Positions 54,702 to 59,313 of a DNA stretch of 59,313 nucleotides are shown here, in pieces. Source of the DNA: Spirochaetota bacterium (GTDB taxonomy: Bacteria > Spirochaetota > B62-G9 > DRHN01); contig DAOVJS010000001.1 of NCBI GenBank assembly GCA_030673105.1, positions 1 to 59,313 on the forward strand. The letters are read 5' to 3'. The first letter of the stretch is position 1. Every line of letters begins with the position of its first letter. The position numbers and the translations under genes were made by a program. The notes under the pieces are model-generated. The model was not told the DNA's origin. It saw only the letters and a program-made list of their open reading frames with translations, and made no database searches.

Positions 54702-56660
54702 CTATGTCAACTTTCTAATTTTCACTTTGATGGAATTGAATTTTGGTCCTCCTCCGATTATTTGAGGGGTGCCGGGTGCCAGTACGTTCAACGGGCTGCC
54801 CTCTAAACCCGTAAGAGGTCTTGGCGCCCAGAGAACTCCTTTACTAACTTTTTCATTAACGATTGCTTTTACCCGGACCTCACCCAGCTCATTATATAGA
54901 AGGACTTCATTGCCATCATGAATTTTCGACTTTCCAGCATCCTCTTTGTTTATCCAGACAATTTGAGGTATGGGACCGTATACATCAGTAAACTGACTGT
55001 GAGTATAGTTTGGAATGGAACTATTAAGCAAAAGATACCGCCCGCCATCCATTTTTAATTCTGTTTGGACAGGAATTTCCTGAACTCCTATTTCAAATGA
55101 CCTGGAGGAAGAAAATTCAATTTTTCCAGACTGCGTTTGATATTCATTATTAGGTCTTAATTTTAACTTGAGGACCTCCCCATTTAATATGTCAGCAAGA
55201 GACTTTTCTGTGAAAGCCTCTTTTAAGGCGATTCCCAGAGCCTGCCAGGGATCTTCGTACAACCAGGATTCTGAAAGTTTTAGCCGGCTGGCGATTTCCT
55301 GCATAACTTTAATCTCATGCCGGGATTCTCCCAGCGGTTCAATGACCTTGTTCGAAAGTCTACTATACAGATGATGATCAGAAAAATTAACATCGGTCTT
55401 CTCATAATATGTAGCTGCAGGTAAATTAATATCTGCAAAATAGGTTGTTTCAGACCAATGGGTATCATGCACTACCACAAAAACATCATCACGAGATAAT
55501 CCTTTTCGAACAGATGTTTGATCCGGCAAGGTAACGGCTGGATTACTCCCAAGCACGAAAACAAACTTAAACTCACCGGATTCCAGTCTTGGACCTATTG
55601 AAACTTGATTTACAACTTTTCCTTTCTTTTGTGTCAGGCTGCTCCCGCACAGATAGGCCCAATCTACGAATCTTCCATTCGAATCACTATAGTGGAAACC
55701 TCTATGATAGCCGAGAAGTGCAGGTAAAAGTGATATAGCTCTCACAGCTTCTGTCCCCTGACATGATTTTTGTAATCCCAGCCCGATCATAAACGCAGCC
55801 GGACGCTTATTGATATACAAATCCCCGGCAGTTTCAATTTGATTCCAGGATAATCCGGTAACCTGTTCCACTCGATTTGGGGTCCAGGATAAAGCTTCTT
55901 TTTCAAAATTCTCGTAGCCGTCGGTCCATTCATCGATAAATTTCCTATCGACACCTCTATTCAAAATAATATATCTTGCAATGCCATAAGCCAATGCGAC
56001 ATCACTCCCCGGGCGGGGATTTAACCAAATATCCGCTGCTTCTGAAGTTGGACTTTTTCTTGGATCAACATCAACAATAATTGCTTCCCGATTTTTCCTT
56101 GCTTTTGAAGCAAATGACCATTGGTGAGGTGAACTAACCTTTGCGTTATTTCCCCAGAACGTAATTACATCCATCTCTTGCAGCTCTTCCGGTTGTATTC
56201 CATAGGTAAGTCCATAGTGCAGTCCTATTGCTGCATGGCCGGAATTGCTGCATAATGAATAATCTGTGGTAGTTGCACCCAGGGCGAACCATAATCTCCG
56301 CGGAAACTGCCATGCCAGGAATCCTTGATTTCCCGGATAGTCATAGATCAGAACTGATTCCGGTCCATGTCTTTCAAGGGTATCTTTAAGTTTATCAGTA
56401 ATTAATGACAACGCTCTTTCCCAGGTTGCTTTACTAAACTTGCCGGCATTTTCAGCACTTTTTCTAATATATGGATGCAAAATTCGTTTCCTGCTATATA
56501 CCCGTTTTGGGTCCCCTATGCCTCTTGGACAAATAAATCCCTGAGTAGCCGGGTTTTCGCCATTTCCTCTAGTAGAAAGAATTTTTCCGTCCTTCACAGT
56601 TACATCAATAAAGCATGTATCAGGACAATCCCTGTGACAGACTGTTTTTACTACCTTCAA
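54702..56660 (-). CDS. Cytoplasmic molybdopterin (Mo/W-bisPGD) oxidoreductase, unknown substrate
   Basis: N-terminal 4Fe-4S motif CHRDCPDTC...CPRG, molybdopterin and C-terminal beta-barrel domains, no signal/TAT motif. TTG start after AAAGGAG. Confidence 0.8.
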   Translation of the reverse strand: MKVVKTVCHRDCPDTCFIDVTVKDGKILSTRGNGENPATQGFICPRGIGDPKRVYSRKRILHPYIRKSAENAGKFSKATWERALSLITDKLKDTLERHGPESVLIYDYPGNQGFLAWQFPRRLWFALGATTTDYSLCSNSGHAAIGLHYGLTYGIQPEELQEMDVITFWGNNAKVSSPHQWSFASKARKNREAIIVDVDPRKSPTSEAADIWLNPRPGSDVALAYGIARYIILNRGVDRKFIDEWTDGYENFEKEALSWTPNRVEQVTGLSWNQIETAGDLYINKRPAAFMIGLGLQKSCQGTEAVRAISLLPALLGYHRGFHYSDSNGRFVDWAYLCGSSLTQKKGKVVNQVSIGPRLESGEFKFVFVLGSNPAVTLPDQTSVRKGLSRDDVFVVVHDTHWSETTYFADINLPAATYYEKTDVNFSDHHLYSRLSNKVIEPLGESRHEIKVMQEIASRLKLSESWLYEDPWQALGIALKEAFTEKSLADILNGEVLKLKLRPNNEYQTQSGKIEFSSSRSFEIGVQEIPVQTELKMDGGRYLLLNSSIPNYTHSQFTDVYGPIPQIVWINKEDAGKSKIHDGNEVLLYNELGEVRVKAIVNEKVSKGVLWAPRPLTGLEGSPLNVLAPGTPQIIGGGPKFNSIKVKIRKLT

Positions 56661-56923
56661 TTTTCAACACTCCTTTGCTTTAGTGCCGGTTTCTTGTTCC
56701 ATTCGGATTGATTTATTTATCTCATACAGTGATGGATTGCCGAGAAGAAGTACTTTTTTTGCAGCCATAAAATGCTTCCTTATCTTAATTTCCTGCTGGA
56801 TACCGGTAGATATGTACTGTAAATATTCCTTAAAATCAAGTTATGTCTTCAGATTATCCAGGAGCTTGGTTGATTCCCTGTCTCCAGGGATAGAAGCGTA
56901 GAACGCGTGCTCACGGATATCGA

Positions 56924-59059
56924 TTACCGCGAGATCAGGACAACCAATGAGCGGGACGAGGCCTTGTAAATTTCCCGGGGATCAAGAAGCGTCTCTTCAC
57001 CTTCCGGTTTAATATCCTCCGGGCTGGGAAGGGCGGTATCAATTGCCAGGAACCACTTCTTTCCCCCCGGCGCAGGGCATACCGTAAATTCCATTTTTTC
57101 CGAAGACGCATTGAATATCATAAACAGGTCATTATCGTCCCGGTCTGCTTCAATTTCCGCTTTGCTCCCGTCAATACGAAGGGACAAAGTGTGCGCTGTC
57201 TTTGTCCAATCCAGTTCACCCCCCTCTTCATTGAACCACGTTATATCCGGGATCATGTTGTGGTCGGAGTCCTCGCCACTGTAAAACTCAGGGCGCTGGA
57301 ATGTATGATGATGTTTGCGGAAGGAAATAAGCTCTCTGCAAAAGTGGAAGATTTCTCCGTGTTTGCTCAAATAGTCCCAGTTGTACCATGTCAGCTCGCT
57401 GTTGTGACAGTAGGGGTTGTTGTTTCCCCTTTGAGTCCTCCGAAACTCATCGCCCCCCAGAAGCATCGGCGTCCCCAGAGACAAAAAAAGGGTCGCAAGA
57501 AAGTTTTTGATCTGCCTTTCTCTTACTTCCTGCACGGCAGTATCATCGGTTCCCCCTTCAACTCCGTAGTTGCAGCTGATGTTGTTGTCTGTTCCGTCAC
57601 GTTCATCTTCACCGTTTTCTATGTTGTGTTTCTCACGGTAGCTCACCAGGTCGTTCAGTGTAAAGCCGTCATGGGAAGTAATGAAATTTATGCTGTGGAA
57701 AGGTTTTCGCCCGTCCCTCAAGTAGAGATCGGCACTGCCCGTGATTCTGGTGGCCAGGTTTGGGACAAAACCCGGCTCCCCTCTCCAGAAATGCCGTACA
57801 TCGTTCTTGAACCGGTCGTTCCATTCAGCCCATCTTCCTCCGGGGAACCAGCCCACCTGGTAAGCCCCCGCGACGTCCCAGGCTTCAGCGATTATCTTTG
57901 TATGCCTCAAAATAGGATCTTCCGCAATACGCTCTAATACAGGGGGGTTCTCTAAAAGGTCACCGTTCCGGCTCCTTCCCAGGACTGATCCAAGGTCAAA
58001 ACGGAAACCGTCAACGTGCATCTCCACGACCCAATAGTGCAGGCAGTCGAGTATCATGTTTCTTACTGTCGGGTGGTTGCAGTTCAGAGTGTTTTTACAG
58101 CCGGTGTAATTCTTGTAGAAACGGCGGTCATCGTCAAGTATATAATATATGGAATTGTCCAGGCCTTTGAAGCTAAGTGTAGGCCCGGTCTCATCGCCCT
58201 CCGCGGTGTGGTTGAACACAACATCCAGGATCACTTCGATTCCGGCCCTGTGGAGCTCCCTGACCATTTCCTTGAACTCTGTGACCTGCTGTCCCAGAAA
58301 GCCTGAGCTGCTGTAGCCGCCCTTAGGGGCAAAAAAGGCGATCGTACTGTAGCCCCAGTAGTTTTGAAGCATTTCGCCTGTTATCGGGTTTCTTTTACGG
58401 TTTTCAAACTCATCGAATTCCTGTACCGGCAGCAGCTCCAAACTTGTTATACCCAGCTCTTTGAAGAATGGTATTTTATCTACTACACCTTTAAAGTTCC
58501 CGGGGTGCTGCACGCCTGCACTTTTATGCCGGGTCAGTCCGCCGACATGGGTTTCATAGATCACACAGAACCTGAGGGGGAAGTTGAGAGGTTTGTCACC
58601 CTGCCAGTCAAAATCGTCGTTTATAACGATGCACCTGGGAACATAGTCTGCTTCGCGGATTTTGGAACGGGCCCGGGGGTCCTTACCGTTATCCTGACTG
58701 TCTGTACCGGCTGATACACGCGCTCTGTTCCCGGTCACGGCCTTTGCGTACGGGTCAAGGAGCCATTTGTTCCTGTCGAACCTGTGACCTGCTTCCGGGT
58801 CATGCGGGCCGTCAACCCTGTAGAGGTACAGCTGTCCGGGGCCTACGCCCTTCACACAGATATGCCAGATGTCGCCTGTTCTGTTCATTTCGGGATCAAA
58901 CTCTATCTCTGCCAGGGGCCCGGTGTCTTCCGGGGTTTCAAACAGGAACAGCGACACCGCCGTTGCATGACGGCTGAAGATTGCAAATTGCGTTCCTGCC
59001 GGACAAGGCGTCGCCCCAAGGGGAAGAGGCTTTCCGGTTAGTGTTTTAAACGAGTCCAT
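56924..59059 (-). CDS. glgX: Glycogen debranching enzyme (isoamylase-type GH13)
   Basis: N-terminal CBM48-like region. GH13 blocks DVVFNHT, GFRFDLG, EAWD, FITSHDG. Confidence 0.9.
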   Translation of the reverse strand: MDSFKTLTGKPLPLGATPCPAGTQFAIFSRHATAVSLFLFETPEDTGPLAEIEFDPEMNRTGDIWHICVKGVGPGQLYLYRVDGPHDPEAGHRFDRNKWLLDPYAKAVTGNRARVSAGTDSQDNGKDPRARSKIREADYVPRCIVINDDFDWQGDKPLNFPLRFCVIYETHVGGLTRHKSAGVQHPGNFKGVVDKIPFFKELGITSLELLPVQEFDEFENRKRNPITGEMLQNYWGYSTIAFFAPKGGYSSSGFLGQQVTEFKEMVRELHRAGIEVILDVVFNHTAEGDETGPTLSFKGLDNSIYYILDDDRRFYKNYTGCKNTLNCNHPTVRNMILDCLHYWVVEMHVDGFRFDLGSVLGRSRNGDLLENPPVLERIAEDPILRHTKIIAEAWDVAGAYQVGWFPGGRWAEWNDRFKNDVRHFWRGEPGFVPNLATRITGSADLYLRDGRKPFHSINFITSHDGFTLNDLVSYREKHNIENGEDERDGTDNNISCNYGVEGGTDDTAVQEVRERQIKNFLATLFLSLGTPMLLGGDEFRRTQRGNNNPYCHNSELTWYNWDYLSKHGEIFHFCRELISFRKHHHTFQRPEFYSGEDSDHNMIPDITWFNEEGGELDWTKTAHTLSLRIDGSKAEIEADRDDNDLFMIFNASSEKMEFTVCPAPGGKKWFLAIDTALPSPEDIKPEGEETLLDPREIYKASSRSLVVLISR

Positions 59060-59085
59060 ACACGCCTTCTATATTTTTGGTAGTG

Positions 59086-59313
59086 TCAATTCCCGTTATA
59101 TTTCAATGCTAGCATTGTAATATCATCAGATTGAGTCTCTTCTTTTACAAAAGATCTCACTTCTTCCCTTACACCTTCTATGCATTTTTGGACTTTTTTC
59201 CCTTTTAAACTCGACAGGGTCTGCAATAACCTGTTATTAGAAAATTGTTTTTTATCAGGGTTCATCGCCTCTGTGACACCGTCAGTATACAAAAAAATCA
59301 GATCATCGGGTTT
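59086..59313 (-). CDS. PP2C/SpoIIE-family phosphatase, C-terminal fragment (5' end is outside the window)
   Basis: The frame is open to the window edge: ...KPDDLIFLYTDGVTEA...QSDDITMLALKY, the typical SpoIIE C-terminus. Confidence 0.75.
   Translation of the reverse strand, partial: KPDDLIFLYTDGVTEAMNPDKKQFSNNRLLQTLSSLKGKKVQKCIEGVREEVRSFVKEETQSDDITMLALKYNGN

Noticed and set aside
56664-56768. 34-codon minus-strand ORF (MAAKKVLLLGNPSLYEINKSI...) whose start resembles a peptide deformylase N-terminus, just upstream of the Mo-oxidoreductase
   Set aside because: Only ~20 residues are vaguely similar and none of the Def catalytic motifs (GxGxAAxQ, EGCLS, HExxH) is present. This is too short to support a remnant call.
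57191-57937. 248-aa + strand ORF inside glgX (also 58016-58306, 58364-58714, 58784-59041)
   Set aside because: These are antisense to a GH13 gene with all catalytic blocks intact. They are typical stop-poor antisense frames of a GC-richer gene.
1-59313. Scan for tRNA, rRNA, CRISPR arrays, intact IS elements, integrases and prophage genes
   Set aside because: Intergenic regions are short or were read through individually. I saw no cloverleaf-like sequences, no regularly spaced repeats beyond the two small tandem duplications reported, and no recombinase or transposase other than the 77-aa remnant.

Overview
This 59.3-kb window looks like chromosomal DNA from a moderately AT-rich, probably anaerobic, diderm bacterium. 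The anaerobe guess rests on Fe-S/BCR-HAD enzymes, a hemerythrin and an Fe-S aldo-keto reductase. The diderm guess rests on LolA-like and beta-barrel genes and lgt. All calls come from reading motifs in the supplied translations and the DNA; no searches were run.

Most of the window is housekeeping:
- leuS (5'-truncated) and lysC
- a BMP-type nucleoside ABC importer
- XdhC/MocA molybdenum-cofactor maturation genes
- lgt and dus
- ispF-ispD and ispE
- an aroE-aroB-aroA-aroC block, with aroQ elsewhere
- cobT-cobS-cbiB
- ddl and lysA
- hutH, a Mo-bisPGD oxidoreductase and glgX
- a PP2C phosphatase fragment at the 3' edge

Small accessory or decayed patches sit between these genes:
- A hemerythrin abuts a 77-aa DDE-transposase remnant.
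- A PIN/RHH toxin-antitoxin pair has an operator palindrome.
- An AT-rich two-component islet holds two paralogous stand-alone receivers and a zinc-ribbon-GAF histidine kinase. It contains a formate/nitrite-transporter pseudogene fragment.

The loci most worth follow-up are:
1. A two-ORF BCR/HAD-type machine (double HgdC-like ATPase plus DUF2229 modules), resembling the anaerobic plasmalogen synthase PlsA/PlsR, directly upstream of lgt.
2. A multidomain GIY-YIG nuclease coupled to an unrecognisable 368-aa partner.
3. A patatin / small ORF / LolD-like / 2x FtsX / LolA-like / beta-barrel gene string.
4. A divergent chorismate synthase that lacks the conserved GESHG histidine and carries a ~50-60 aa insertion.
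5. Two small tandem duplications that alter gene boundaries.

I found no rRNA, tRNA, CRISPR array or intact mobile element.
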